This document shows positions 19,026 through 28,900 of a stretch of 64,000 nt of DNA, in pieces; position 1 is the stretch's first letter, and each line of letters begins with the position of its first letter. This stretch comes from Candidatus Kapaibacterium sp. (GTDB taxonomy: Bacteria > Bacteroidota > Ignavibacteria > Palsa-1295): NCBI GenBank assembly GCA_038229915.1, contig JBBRNY010000002.1:2472-66471 (forward strand). The letters are read 5' to 3'. Below the pieces are notes generated by a model, which saw nothing but the letters and a program-made list of their open reading frames with translations, searched no databases and had not been told where the DNA came from. Position numbers and translations under genes: made by a program.

Positions 19026-19607
19026 GTGAGCAAGATACCTGAATTTACGAAATCGGTTTTTGATCTGAAAGACCTTCCGACCGATGGGACGACGGAGATC
19101 GCTTTTATTGGTCGCTCGAATGTCGGGAAGTCTTCGCTCATCAATTCGCTTGCCTCACGTAAGCAGCTCGCCCGTACCAGTGGCAAACCCGGCAAGACCC
19201 AAAGCCTCAATTACTATCTGTTTCCCGATAAATATTATATTGTCGATACTCCGGGCTACGGCTATGCGGCTCGGTCGAAGAAAGATAGGGATGTTTGGCG
19301 GGGGATTATGGACGAATATGTCAGCGGTCGGGACGAACTGGCGGCGATCGGCATATTAATAGATGCCCGTCACGAGGGGCTTGAAAATGACATTACCGCT
19401 CTCGAATGGCTTGTCGGGCAAGGGAAGCCGTGGTTCGCGATATTAACAAAAATCGATAAAGTCAAGCAAAAGGATATATCTGCCCACGAAAAGTACCTGA
19501 AAGCGGAATTTAGCGGAGCCGAATTGCTGTTTGGTGTGTCTGTTGTGAGTGGAATCGGTGTAAAGCGACTCTCGAGTTATTTGCGATCGCTGGTTCCGAA
19601 AAAGTAA
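19026..19607 (+). CDS. engB: ribosome-biogenesis GTPase EngB/YsxC
   Basis: G1 GRSNVGKSS, G3 DTPGYG, G4 TKIDK motifs; GTG start. Confidence 0.9.
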   Translation: MSKIPEFTKSVFDLKDLPTDGTTEIAFIGRSNVGKSSLINSLASRKQLARTSGKPGKTQSLNYYLFPDKYYIVDTPGYGYAARSKKDRDVWRGIMDEYVSGRDELAAIGILIDARHEGLENDITALEWLVGQGKPWFAILTKIDKVKQKDISAHEKYLKAEFSGAELLFGVSVVSGIGVKRLSSYLRSLVPKK

Positions 19608-19683
19608 CATCGCTGTCATTCGCAACTTCGGGTGGAGTTGTGTGTTCTTGTCTTTAGTGAGATATTTGAAGATTCCGTCAAAA

Positions 19684-19702
19684 AATTGCGTAATTTGCAA
19701 TT
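19684..19702. promoter_or_regulatory. inverted repeat AATTGC-N7-GCAATT upstream of T9SS cargo gene (candidate operator)
   Basis: Perfect 6-bp arms 42 nt upstream of ATG 19744. Confidence 0.2.
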
Positions 19703-19743
19703 CTGAGATGTGATCTGTTCACCTAAAATAATATTGTACTTCA

Positions 19744-21747
19744 ATGAAAAGATATTCTACGTTATTAGTCGTGTTGTTTTTGATGTTGTCAAGTCTTTCT
19801 TATGGACAACACTCCGCAAGCCAGTCAAACGCTTTTACCCAACGTTCAGCCGTTCAGCCGCGTGGCGAACAAACTGGTGTAACTTCCTCAGCAACACCGA
19901 CCAATACTTCTTTTCCTTCCGCACCTTTTTCCTCGCTCGTGACCGTCAGCGGTGCTGATAGACTTCCGATCTCGACTCGTTATGATATCGTCGCTAATAG
20001 CCGCGCACTTCATACGACCGTCGTCGATCCTGATGATGCGCAGAAGATCCATTTTATTACAATGGTACAGACCGATAATACCGAAGCAGATACAATGCCG
20101 GGTCATCAATACGACACTCGCCGTGTACAATACACATATAGCTCAGACGGTGGTGCGCATTGGACAGCACCAGTCTTGGTTAGCACAGGTCGTCTCGGAT
20201 ATCCTGATATCACCCTCTATAAACGTGGTGGCAAATATCTGCCGATCATCGCTGCCCATAGCGGACCAAATATTGTTGGTGCTGATACCCTTTGGAATAC
20301 CCAAATTTTTATTGAACAAGGCAATCCTGGTGATGGAAATTTCGCGAAATTTGAAGCAGATCGTAAGGCAAGCGATGGCTCTTCAAAGAATATCGGCTAT
20401 CCATCGTTGGTCGTTTCACCGTCTCAGGATAAATTGTATGTCCTCGGTTGTATCTTGCCGCAGGGTGGTGCTGCTCAGACAGGACCATTAGAGTTTGGTA
20501 CGTTCTTGCTTGATGAAACAGGTAATGCAACGTGGAACGGTTGGAAACACCGTCCGGGTGGCGATGGCTCTACTGCAAATTGTAGCGGTGGTCAGTCCAT
20601 CATGCATATCGGACCGAACGGAAACCTTGGTGTGTTCTGGGCACAATCAGACAACAGTGATCGTAGTTTATATTTTGTAGAATCAAGTGATGGCGGAGCA
20701 AATTGGACTCCGGTCTATTCACCGTTCTATGTGCCTGACGTCAGTGGGCCTGCTGGTTCTGCACTTGCTGATTATGATGGATTTGATTTCTGCTATGATC
20801 AGACTGGCAAGCAGCATTTTATGTGGCAAGCCGACTATCAATTGCTCGGACAAAACACCTTCTATCCTTATACTGCTATGGTGTTGTATTGGGGAATGGG
20901 AGATCAAGAGGTTAAAGTATTGAATGTAAACGGCTCGGCTGTAGCATTTTCTGCTCTTACATTCTTTGATACCGCCTTCGTTGGGACTGTGACACCAGTT
21001 AATACGACCAGTAATTTTACAACTCCAGCTGCAGGTTCGAATATCGAACCTACCGGAATCCCATTATTTTCCGATGCAACGCTTGCTCTTTCATCGGTAC
21101 CAAACAATTTTACTGTATTCTACTGCACCTACCAAGATGGAGATCAGCAAGACGTAGATCAAGATGGTCAGGGACTTGCGAAAACCTATCTTTATAGAAG
21201 TATCTATTATCAGGAAACAAAAGATAATGGCTTTACTTGGAGTGAACCCGCACCGTTCCGAGCGAACGACCCGAACGGGCCTGCTGAAAGCAAACTTGAT
21301 TATCATCACCCATCAGTTTCCTATCTCAATCCTTCGGTTGGTGGGCAAACGAATTATCAGGTATGTTTTGCGGCTGATAGTATGGGCGGCCAGTTGTTTG
21401 GTTTTGGTACTGCTGGTTGGTCGTTCAACACGTGGTTCCACCAGTCTATTCAGCGTAACAAAGTTTCGAATGGGGTGTCTGTTGCTTCGAATATTCTCGG
21501 GCAGAATTATCCTAATCCTGTATCAGTTTCGACCACTATCCCTGTAACGCTTACTCAGAGCGGGGAAGTCACACTGACTCTCGAAGATATTCTTGGGCGT
21601 ACGGTCAAGACGATCTTTTCAGGTATGATGACTTCTGGTGCTCACAACGTTTCGCTTTTAAGCGCTTCGCTTGCACCGGGTGTGTATCGTTACACGATCA
21701 GAACTGCCACCGAAAGCGATTCACGTCTCTTGACGATCGTTCGCTAA
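19744..21747 (+). CDS. secreted BNR/Asp-box repeat (sialidase-fold) protein with C-terminal FlgD-Ig-like/T9SS-type sorting domain
   Basis: Signal peptide; Asp-boxes SSDGGAHWT, SSDGGANWT, KDNGFTWS; C-terminal ~80 aa beta-sandwich ...YPNPVSVSTTIPVTL...GVYRYTIRTA... Confidence 0.75.
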   Translation: MKRYSTLLVVLFLMLSSLSYGQHSASQSNAFTQRSAVQPRGEQTGVTSSATPTNTSFPSAPFSSLVTVSGADRLPISTRYDIVANSRALHTTVVDPDDAQKIHFITMVQTDNTEADTMPGHQYDTRRVQYTYSSDGGAHWTAPVLVSTGRLGYPDITLYKRGGKYLPIIAAHSGPNIVGADTLWNTQIFIEQGNPGDGNFAKFEADRKASDGSSKNIGYPSLVVSPSQDKLYVLGCILPQGGAAQTGPLEFGTFLLDETGNATWNGWKHRPGGDGSTANCSGGQSIMHIGPNGNLGVFWAQSDNSDRSLYFVESSDGGANWTPVYSPFYVPDVSGPAGSALADYDGFDFCYDQTGKQHFMWQADYQLLGQNTFYPYTAMVLYWGMGDQEVKVLNVNGSAVAFSALTFFDTAFVGTVTPVNTTSNFTTPAAGSNIEPTGIPLFSDATLALSSVPNNFTVFYCTYQDGDQQDVDQDGQGLAKTYLYRSIYYQETKDNGFTWSEPAPFRANDPNGPAESKLDYHHPSVSYLNPSVGGQTNYQVCFAADSMGGQLFGFGTAGWSFNTWFHQSIQRNKVSNGVSVASNILGQNYPNPVSVSTTIPVTLTQSGEVTLTLEDILGRTVKTIFSGMMTSGAHNVSLLSASLAPGVYRYTIRTATESDSRLLTIVR

Positions 21748-21759
21748 GATCTTGAGTAG

Positions 21760-21800
21760 CCTCCATATTGCCCCACGGCACTATGGAGGTTTCCTCTTTT
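21760..21800 (+). terminator. putative terminator after BNR cargo gene
   Basis: CCTCCATA(14-nt loop)TATGGAGG followed by T-rich tract. Confidence 0.5.
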
Positions 21801-21917
21801 GCTACTTTGATTGCATTTTTGTGTTTATAGAGTTGTATTACGAGTTGTACACGATGGAATTGTTGAGTTGTGCTACGGTAATGATGTCCATCACTATCAA
21901 TAATAAAGGTAATTGAT

Positions 21918-24900
21918 ATGTTGAACCTTATGGTAAAAACAAACGTGTTTCGCGTCGCTAAACAAGTGTCGATCATTTTGGTGTTGCTTGCGGTAGGTTT
22001 CGCGACCTCCGTCTTCGCACAAGCTGGCAAGATCAAAGCAACGGTCATTGATAACAAAACCGGCGAGGGCCTCATCCGTGCGAGCGTACAAGTGCTCGAA
22101 ACCAAACAGGGAGCTTATACCAAAGCTGACGGTGTCGGCGTTATCATCAACGTGTCACCTGGCGAAACCTACACCGTTGTTGCAAAGTATGCAGGCTACG
22201 AGCCGCAGACGCTCAAGAATGTCCGTGTACAATCAGATATTACCACCGAGTTAAAATTTAGGCTTTCGACCAAAGCGAGCGATACGATCATCGTCGAGGC
22301 GCAACGATTGGTTGAAAAAACAAAGACCGATGTCGGCACGAAGCTTGGCTCTGCTGAAATTCAATCAACCGCAGGTCGTCAGAACGTCGATCAGGTTGTT
22401 GCGTTAACTCCGGGTCTTGTCCGCGATGGTAGCAATGGCGGCTTTGCTGTTCACGGTAGCCGTGGCACATCGAACTCTATCCGCTTTAATAACGTCGAAA
22501 CCAATGACGTCGTCAGCGGTGGCACCAGTATTTTACAAACATCGGTTTCAAAATTTGCCGTATCTGAAGTGAACGTTACTACTGCCGGCGGCGATGCCTC
22601 GAAGGGTAACTCGACCGGTGGTACTATTAATACACAGACGAAAGCTGGTGGCTTGAACTTTGAATTCTCTGCACATTATCGTGGCGAATTAGCTGGATTA
22701 TTCGGATCATCGGGTAACGGCTATAAGCAGCTTGGCGCAGGCGATCGTATTATGGAAGTTGCTCTCGGCGGTCCGCTCTTTACCGATGACATCAAATATT
22801 TTATCACCGGAAAAACATTTACCAGAGACTTTACGAATTCACCTACATCAGGTTCGGGTGCAAATTCGGGACTCAATGTTATCGACCCTTATGGTAATAC
22901 CACAGGGCAGTTGCCACATTCGAAATATTACTCTCGTTCGGCCACTGCAAAATTGACGTTTGACTTGCTTGGTTTTAAGATGAACGCAGACGCTGTGCTG
23001 TCTTCAGCGAGCCGCCAGTTCAATGGTGTTAATCTTGCGTATGGTGATGTCGCAGAGCTTCCCGCTCTCAATAACTTTGACAACCTTTTTACCTTGCGCG
23101 GAAATACGGCTCTCGGTGAAGGCGGTTCTAATGGACTCATCGAGTTTACCGTTGGCTACAATCACGTCAATGATCATTATGGTAAATATGATCAGACCAT
23201 TGGCGGCGGCTTGTTCTCACCATATAAACTCTTTGACGCACAGGATAAATATACCTACGATGATAATAACCACTCGGTTACTCCTGGTGGTGATGGTATC
23301 ATTGACATTTATACCCCTGTTAGCAAGCAAATACCAGATCCGCAAAATCCTGCAAACATCCTGAATTTAACAGGTGCCGGACTCAATCCTTTTACAGGAC
23401 ATATCGAAGGACCCGGAATTGCTTTCTCGACGGCTAACCCTTATGGTTTATTAAATACTTATATCGTTGCAGGAAATGTTGCCGGCTTCTATAATAATAC
23501 AACCGACCAAATTAATCTCGTTACCAATTACACCGGTCAGTTCGGGACTCATTTAGTCACCGCCGGCGTCGAGGGCCATCTTTATACGATCTCTGATTAT
23601 AATAATGGTTTGCCTTATGACGCAAATCCATTTAGTGATTCGTTTACCGTTAAGCCTGTTCTCGCTGGTGTATATATCGGCGATAAAATGGAGTTTAGTG
23701 ACATTACGTTTAACCCAAGTTTGCGTTTTGATATTTATGCTCCGGGAAATGATCACGCACTCGTCGATCCGAATAAGCCATTGGGTGATGATGGGCGTCC
23801 GAATTTTACGAAAGCCCCGACGCAAACTCAGCTCAGCCCGAGACTTGGTATTACCTATGCTGTCACTGAGAAAACATTGTTTAACTTTAACTACGGTCTG
23901 TATTTCAAGCAACCATTGTTTGGCGAAGTGTTGACCAATACCGGTGGTGATTTTTCTCGTGTATTGCAACGTGGTAATCAGATCATCGGAAATGGATCGT
24001 TGAAGGCAGAACACACTCAAGAGTTTACTGTAGGTTTTACCTCAGCACTTTCGGATCTGATCTCAATGTCTGTTCAGGGTATCTATAAGGATCTCCGTAA
24101 TCTTTCAGGCTTACAACGTATCAGTAACGACAATCTTGCGATCGGATATACATTGTATTCTGATGACCAGTACGGCAACTATCGCGGACTTGAATTGTCG
24201 TTTGAGAAGAGAATGTCGGATAACTATTCTTTCCGTTTGAGCTATACGTATTCTGTTGCAAAGGGTACTTCGAGCTCTTCAACAGAAAATTATGGTTTGC
24301 TCATCAATCAAGGTTCGTCAAGTGGGGAAGACCCGAACGTGGTATTGCCATTGACGCCATTCTACCTGAGCTTTGATCGTACACACGTTGCTCAGTTTCT
24401 CTTGAGCGCAGGTTTCGGACCAAACGAAGGACCGACGCTCTTGGGAACAAAATTATTCCAAGATCTCAGCTTCTCATCAACTTCAGAATTCCAGTCAGGC
24501 GTACCATACACACGTTTGGATGAAAAGATGAGACAATCAGGTGAGTTCAATGGTGATCGTGAGCCATCATATTTTCAGACCGATGCGGCATTAACACGTT
24601 CGATCAGACTTGGCGATCTCTTTGGTGAGAGCTTTAACAGAAGTTCGCTCGACCTTCAGCTTGAAGTGGTTAATCTTTTCAATACGACGAATGCTCTTTC
24701 GGTTTATCCAACATCAGGACAAGCTGATAATGATGGATTGAATGTCAAGTATGTTGGGAATATTGATTTTGTCAATGATCCAAGTAATGCCGCGGGTGGT
24801 CAGATCGACGCTCTTGGTAAATTGAAATACAACGCCCGTTGGGATCTCAATCACGACGGCAGAGTAAGCATTCAAGAACAAGGTGAGGCGTATAAACAGC

Positions 24901-24980
24901 AACGTGCTGATGGCTTTGCTCGCCGTACCAACTATCAAGTGCCGCGACGTATGTACTTTAACGTCACCTTGCATTTCTAA
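21918..24980 (+). CDS. large TonB-dependent-receptor-like outer membrane protein (CarboxypepD_reg domain + plug + long barrel), 1020 aa
   Basis: Signal/anchor, N-terminal CarboxypepD_reg-like domain (KIKATVIDNKTGEGLIRASVQV...), plug-like region, C-terminal ...YFNVTLHF aromatic terminus. Confidence 0.75.
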   Translation: MLNLMVKTNVFRVAKQVSIILVLLAVGFATSVFAQAGKIKATVIDNKTGEGLIRASVQVLETKQGAYTKADGVGVIINVSPGETYTVVAKYAGYEPQTLKNVRVQSDITTELKFRLSTKASDTIIVEAQRLVEKTKTDVGTKLGSAEIQSTAGRQNVDQVVALTPGLVRDGSNGGFAVHGSRGTSNSIRFNNVETNDVVSGGTSILQTSVSKFAVSEVNVTTAGGDASKGNSTGGTINTQTKAGGLNFEFSAHYRGELAGLFGSSGNGYKQLGAGDRIMEVALGGPLFTDDIKYFITGKTFTRDFTNSPTSGSGANSGLNVIDPYGNTTGQLPHSKYYSRSATAKLTFDLLGFKMNADAVLSSASRQFNGVNLAYGDVAELPALNNFDNLFTLRGNTALGEGGSNGLIEFTVGYNHVNDHYGKYDQTIGGGLFSPYKLFDAQDKYTYDDNNHSVTPGGDGIIDIYTPVSKQIPDPQNPANILNLTGAGLNPFTGHIEGPGIAFSTANPYGLLNTYIVAGNVAGFYNNTTDQINLVTNYTGQFGTHLVTAGVEGHLYTISDYNNGLPYDANPFSDSFTVKPVLAGVYIGDKMEFSDITFNPSLRFDIYAPGNDHALVDPNKPLGDDGRPNFTKAPTQTQLSPRLGITYAVTEKTLFNFNYGLYFKQPLFGEVLTNTGGDFSRVLQRGNQIIGNGSLKAEHTQEFTVGFTSALSDLISMSVQGIYKDLRNLSGLQRISNDNLAIGYTLYSDDQYGNYRGLELSFEKRMSDNYSFRLSYTYSVAKGTSSSSTENYGLLINQGSSSGEDPNVVLPLTPFYLSFDRTHVAQFLLSAGFGPNEGPTLLGTKLFQDLSFSSTSEFQSGVPYTRLDEKMRQSGEFNGDREPSYFQTDAALTRSIRLGDLFGESFNRSSLDLQLEVVNLFNTTNALSVYPTSGQADNDGLNVKYVGNIDFVNDPSNAAGGQIDALGKLKYNARWDLNHDGRVSIQEQGEAYKQQRADGFARRTNYQVPRRMYFNVTLHF

Positions 24981-25035
24981 TGCACCACAAGAGCACAGTA
25001 ACTTATTTCTACTACACAGATTTTATTTGACGACA

Positions 25036-28000
25036 ATGATGAATCAGAAGACACCATATCGTTTATTGTATGTGACGCTTGCACTGCTGACGCTTAGCCT
25101 GCTGAGTGCAGATGTGTCGAGCCGTCCGGTAACTTCGAAATCCGGTTCGAACTCTACATTGGTCTTTAAGCGCCAGAAGAATACGCTCAGTAATCTTGAT
25201 TTCCAGTTTACCAATAAGGGCGTTCTCTTTAATAATGATCAGACTGCAGGTCTCAGCTGGCCACGAGGAACGAATAACTCTTATATTTTTGGCGGCGGCT
25301 TATGGTTCGCAACCAAGAAGTTTATTAACGGCAAAAAGAAGAAGCTCGTTGAGTTGGGATATAATCCGAACTCTGGTGCTGGTTGGTACACCGAAGGCGA
25401 GTATCTGAAGACCGACGAAGACAACGGTACAGCCAACAGTTCGAAATATATTTCGTATATGAGCCCGCGTTATGATAAGACCTCTGGTAAATATACCGGT
25501 GGTGTTAATAATGCTGTTCCGCCTCCGTATGCAGCCTGGCCACTTTGGGATACTTCTGATACAAAAACGCTGAAACAGAATTATTATTTTGGTGATTATA
25601 TCTCGAGCAAAGCAAACCGTGAAAGTTTTGCAGGAAAAAAGAAGGCAAACGGACAACCAATGGTGCCGGCAATGCTTTCGCAAGAAGACATTGTAAACGT
25701 TTATTCTGATTACGATGTAACGGCTAATCCTGAATATAAACAGGGTGCCGGATATCCATTTGGTTTGAATATCGTCGAAGTAATTTACTCTTGGAGCTTT
25801 GGTCGCTACCGCGATATGATCTTCCTCCGTCATAAAGTAACGAACGTCTCGACGGACACACTTTTCGAGTGCTTTATCTCACCTGCATTCGATCCGGATC
25901 TGGGTGTTGGTATTGGCGCAGCAGGAAATGACTTTAATTCGTTTTATGGTTTGAACCCGGAAGATCTTACTCGTGCGAAGCGCATTTTTCCGCCGTCATC
26001 ACCATATTATAGCGACCCAACAAAGCTCAATATGGGTATGCAGTGGTCAGCTCGTGAAGGTGGTAAAGAGTATGGCATTCTTGGCTTTGCTTTCCTCGAA
26101 AGCCCTGCTGTGGTGAGCGGCGTCGCGATCGATAACTCGGATAGCTCGTCACTTGGCGGTTATGGTCCTTCGGCTAAGCAACAGCTTGGTATCACGACCT
26201 TCAAAAAATGGACGATCAGTAATGATCCTCCGACACCTGATCTTCGGTATGACTTTCTTGCTGACGGCACAAAAGATCATGATGTTACAACCACAGGTGA
26301 TTTGCGTTTGTTGTTCGGAACAGGACCATTTACGCTCTTCCCAGGTAAATCTGTAGAGACAACAGTCGCGATCGGCATAGCACTTGCCAGCACGACCAGT
26401 CTTGAAGCGAACAAAGATTCGATCGTCAAATTGATCGGCTTTGCTCATACGGTGTTTGCTGATACCAACGGCAGTTTTGCTGCGACGGGTGATTCATCGG
26501 CTACGATCGTAAAGCATTTTATTACTCCAGTACCGCCAGAAATCCCGAATATTAAGACCACCGGTCTTGACCGTGCAGTTCTGATCGAGTGGGACAAAAC
26601 TGCAGATAACTCTGTCGATCCACTGAGCACAACGCTTGCGTTCAATACCTACGAACTCTATCGTACGACTCGCAGTGACCATGATTCGACCATTCGTCCT
26701 GACGGGCTCAATCCAACAGTAAAGCTTGGTACTTGGTCACGCTATAATTTGCGTCAGGATAGTATCATTCGTTATGATACCGTAAAACTGAATATCAATC
26801 GTGGTACCACGAAAAAAGATACAACGATCACGACGATCAACTTCCTCGGGTTTAAGTACACCCGTACTAATCCGAATACACCGAATGTGATACCTCATTC
26901 ATTCCTCGATCTTGGTGATGATAACGCTGACGGTGTCTTGACCGGCAATGAAGGTTTGCTCAATAATGTAAAATATTATTACTTCTTGTTGGCAACCGAT
27001 GAGTATGATTCTATTAATAAAGTAGGACCATTGACAACTGCGTTGGTCAGCCCGAAAAACTTTGTCGTCGGTATTCCAGCTCGACCGGTGTTCCCTGATC
27101 TTCCGAATAAGATCGCCGGCGATCTCAATTGTACGAGCGGTGCAGTCACTGGAGCAACAGGTTTGACCCCAGTTGCAGGTATTAAGAATGTCTCCTTGGA
27201 GATCATTGATACCGGAAAATTTGTCGATCTCTTTGCTAATGATACGATTGCTGTCAGTTTCGAACCAAGATGGCCTGAAACAAGAAATCATCGTTTCATT
27301 AATTTTAATCGTTTGATGCTCTTTGTCAATTTGATCGATAGTAATCAGAAGACAAATTTGACGTATGATAAATTGTATCACCCACTTGCTTCACCACTGG
27401 TCAATCCTTACAGCGCACCAAGTGGTATTGTACAGCAAGTTATAGGGCAGGTAAAACCTGATTCGAATATTACCGGGACGTTTACGTCAAATGATCCAAT
27501 GTTCGCACCGAATCAATCGGTCGATCAAGCATTCAATTTGTTGGTCGATTTCGAATTTCAGCAGTTGAATACCCCATATCGTTTGCATAGTCTTACGTTC
27601 GATAATGCGAACCAAGGCTCGTCTTCTCAGATCGTGCATCTTTCGCATCGTACATTCCGTGCACGTGGTGACCAGGCGCCAGTTACTGATCTGAGTAATA
27701 TTCCGGATTATGCAACCTTGCCGGATTACACAGGTTCACTTGGGGAGTGTCAGTACCAAATTACGTTTGGTCAACCAACTTCGTTCGCCGAAACAGTTGT
27801 TGATACTTTCGGAAAATCTTCCACGATCTATAGTATTAAAGATCCAAATTCTCCAACGGAGTTTCGTCCGACAGTACTTCCGATCATTATTACCAGCAAA
27901 ACACATTGTGACGCGGTCTTGAAGCCGATCCGTCCGGGGTATCGTAATGACGTGACGTTTGAGCCGGATTATTCATTCTATATAACCACAGTGTTGTCGG

Positions 28001-28824
28001 CTGGCAATCTTTTCCCGGCATTTAGTGACCCTGATTCTATCTTAACGCCTCAGCCCGGTAAGTATGCTGTTGATGCATACCACTATGGTGAAAGCGTACC
28101 CGGTGATCCGAGTTCTGCTTCATTCTTGTTGAAGACTTCGGGGACAAATTATTTCCCATATTCAGACCAAAACTCCTCGAATAGTCAGACATTGGCAACA
28201 ATACATCGTATCCGTCTTGCCGGTGCTGAAATTATGTTGAATTACCCTGGTATTCAGTCTGGTTCGACAACCGGTGACACCAATAATTATCCAGGACCTG
28301 CAACAAAAGACTTCCAACCTGGTGATAAGATCTATGTTGGATTTACTGGGCTCGTTCGCGGTTTACCATTCCCAGGTGCACCATTTACGATCTATACATC
28401 ACAAAAACATCTTGATTTTTCTGATAATGGATTGTATCAACAGCAGAAAATTCTTGATGAGGTTCAAGTCGTACCAAATCCTTACATCGTAACGAATCAG
28501 GGACAGACTTCGACTCAAAACTCTAAGTTATTCTTTACTCGTTTGCCACCACGCGCAACGATCGAGATCTACACCTTGAGTGGCGAGCTTGTTAATACGC
28601 TTGAACATCGCGGGTATTCGGTCAGTGGCGATGCGGTGAACCTTAACGACCGTTATCAGGTCGAAGAGTGGAATCTGCTTTCGGCTGGTCGTCAGCGTGT
28701 CGGTTCGCAAGTCTTGATCGCTCGTATTATTGCGAAAGACCCAAAGAACGATGCAATACTCGGCGAAACAACGAAGAAATTTGCTGTCATCTTGGGCGGC
28801 TATCGCCAGGTGACCGGAAACTAA
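25036..28824 (+). CDS. giant secreted protein (1262 aa) with C-terminal FlgD-Ig-like/T9SS-type domain; candidate PorU-like T9SS component (or type-B cargo)
   Basis: Signal peptide MMNQKTPYRLLYVTLALLTLSLLSA at ATG 25036; C-terminal ~100 aa ...VVPNPYIV...ATIEIYTLSGELVNTL...; size and position immediately upstream of a PorV/FadL-like barrel. Confidence 0.45.
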   Translation: MMNQKTPYRLLYVTLALLTLSLLSADVSSRPVTSKSGSNSTLVFKRQKNTLSNLDFQFTNKGVLFNNDQTAGLSWPRGTNNSYIFGGGLWFATKKFINGKKKKLVELGYNPNSGAGWYTEGEYLKTDEDNGTANSSKYISYMSPRYDKTSGKYTGGVNNAVPPPYAAWPLWDTSDTKTLKQNYYFGDYISSKANRESFAGKKKANGQPMVPAMLSQEDIVNVYSDYDVTANPEYKQGAGYPFGLNIVEVIYSWSFGRYRDMIFLRHKVTNVSTDTLFECFISPAFDPDLGVGIGAAGNDFNSFYGLNPEDLTRAKRIFPPSSPYYSDPTKLNMGMQWSAREGGKEYGILGFAFLESPAVVSGVAIDNSDSSSLGGYGPSAKQQLGITTFKKWTISNDPPTPDLRYDFLADGTKDHDVTTTGDLRLLFGTGPFTLFPGKSVETTVAIGIALASTTSLEANKDSIVKLIGFAHTVFADTNGSFAATGDSSATIVKHFITPVPPEIPNIKTTGLDRAVLIEWDKTADNSVDPLSTTLAFNTYELYRTTRSDHDSTIRPDGLNPTVKLGTWSRYNLRQDSIIRYDTVKLNINRGTTKKDTTITTINFLGFKYTRTNPNTPNVIPHSFLDLGDDNADGVLTGNEGLLNNVKYYYFLLATDEYDSINKVGPLTTALVSPKNFVVGIPARPVFPDLPNKIAGDLNCTSGAVTGATGLTPVAGIKNVSLEIIDTGKFVDLFANDTIAVSFEPRWPETRNHRFINFNRLMLFVNLIDSNQKTNLTYDKLYHPLASPLVNPYSAPSGIVQQVIGQVKPDSNITGTFTSNDPMFAPNQSVDQAFNLLVDFEFQQLNTPYRLHSLTFDNANQGSSSQIVHLSHRTFRARGDQAPVTDLSNIPDYATLPDYTGSLGECQYQITFGQPTSFAETVVDTFGKSSTIYSIKDPNSPTEFRPTVLPIIITSKTHCDAVLKPIRPGYRNDVTFEPDYSFYITTVLSAGNLFPAFSDPDSILTPQPGKYAVDAYHYGESVPGDPSSASFLLKTSGTNYFPYSDQNSSNSQTLATIHRIRLAGAEIMLNYPGIQSGSTTGDTNNYPGPATKDFQPGDKIYVGFTGLVRGLPFPGAPFTIYTSQKHLDFSDNGLYQQQKILDEVQVVPNPYIVTNQGQTSTQNSKLFFTRLPPRATIEIYTLSGELVNTLEHRGYSVSGDAVNLNDRYQVEEWNLLSAGRQRVGSQVLIARIIAKDPKNDAILGETTKKFAVILGGYRQVTGN

Positions 28825-28837
28825 TGAATTGATAATG

Positions 28838-28873
28838 CAGAGGACTTCTCACGAAGTTCTCTGTTGTTTTTTC
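28838..28873 (+). terminator. putative terminator (imperfect 11-bp stem + T6)
   Basis: CAGAGGACTTCtcacGAAGTTCTCTG then TTGTTTTTT. Confidence 0.5.
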
Positions 28874-28900
28874 TACCTTTGAGTTGCAGATAGAGAACGA

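Noticed and set aside
18857-19210. 117-aa minus-strand ORF overlapping toxin gene end and engB start
   Set aside because: Overlaps two well-supported plus-strand genes; no features.
19952-21547. Several 60-180-aa ORFs in other frames inside the BNR cargo gene
   Set aside because: Internal shadow ORFs of a 667-aa gene with clear signal peptide, Asp-boxes and CTD.
24883-25035. N-terminal extension of the 1262-aa ORF overlapping the TBDT-like gene end
   Set aside because: Signal peptide begins at ATG 25036.
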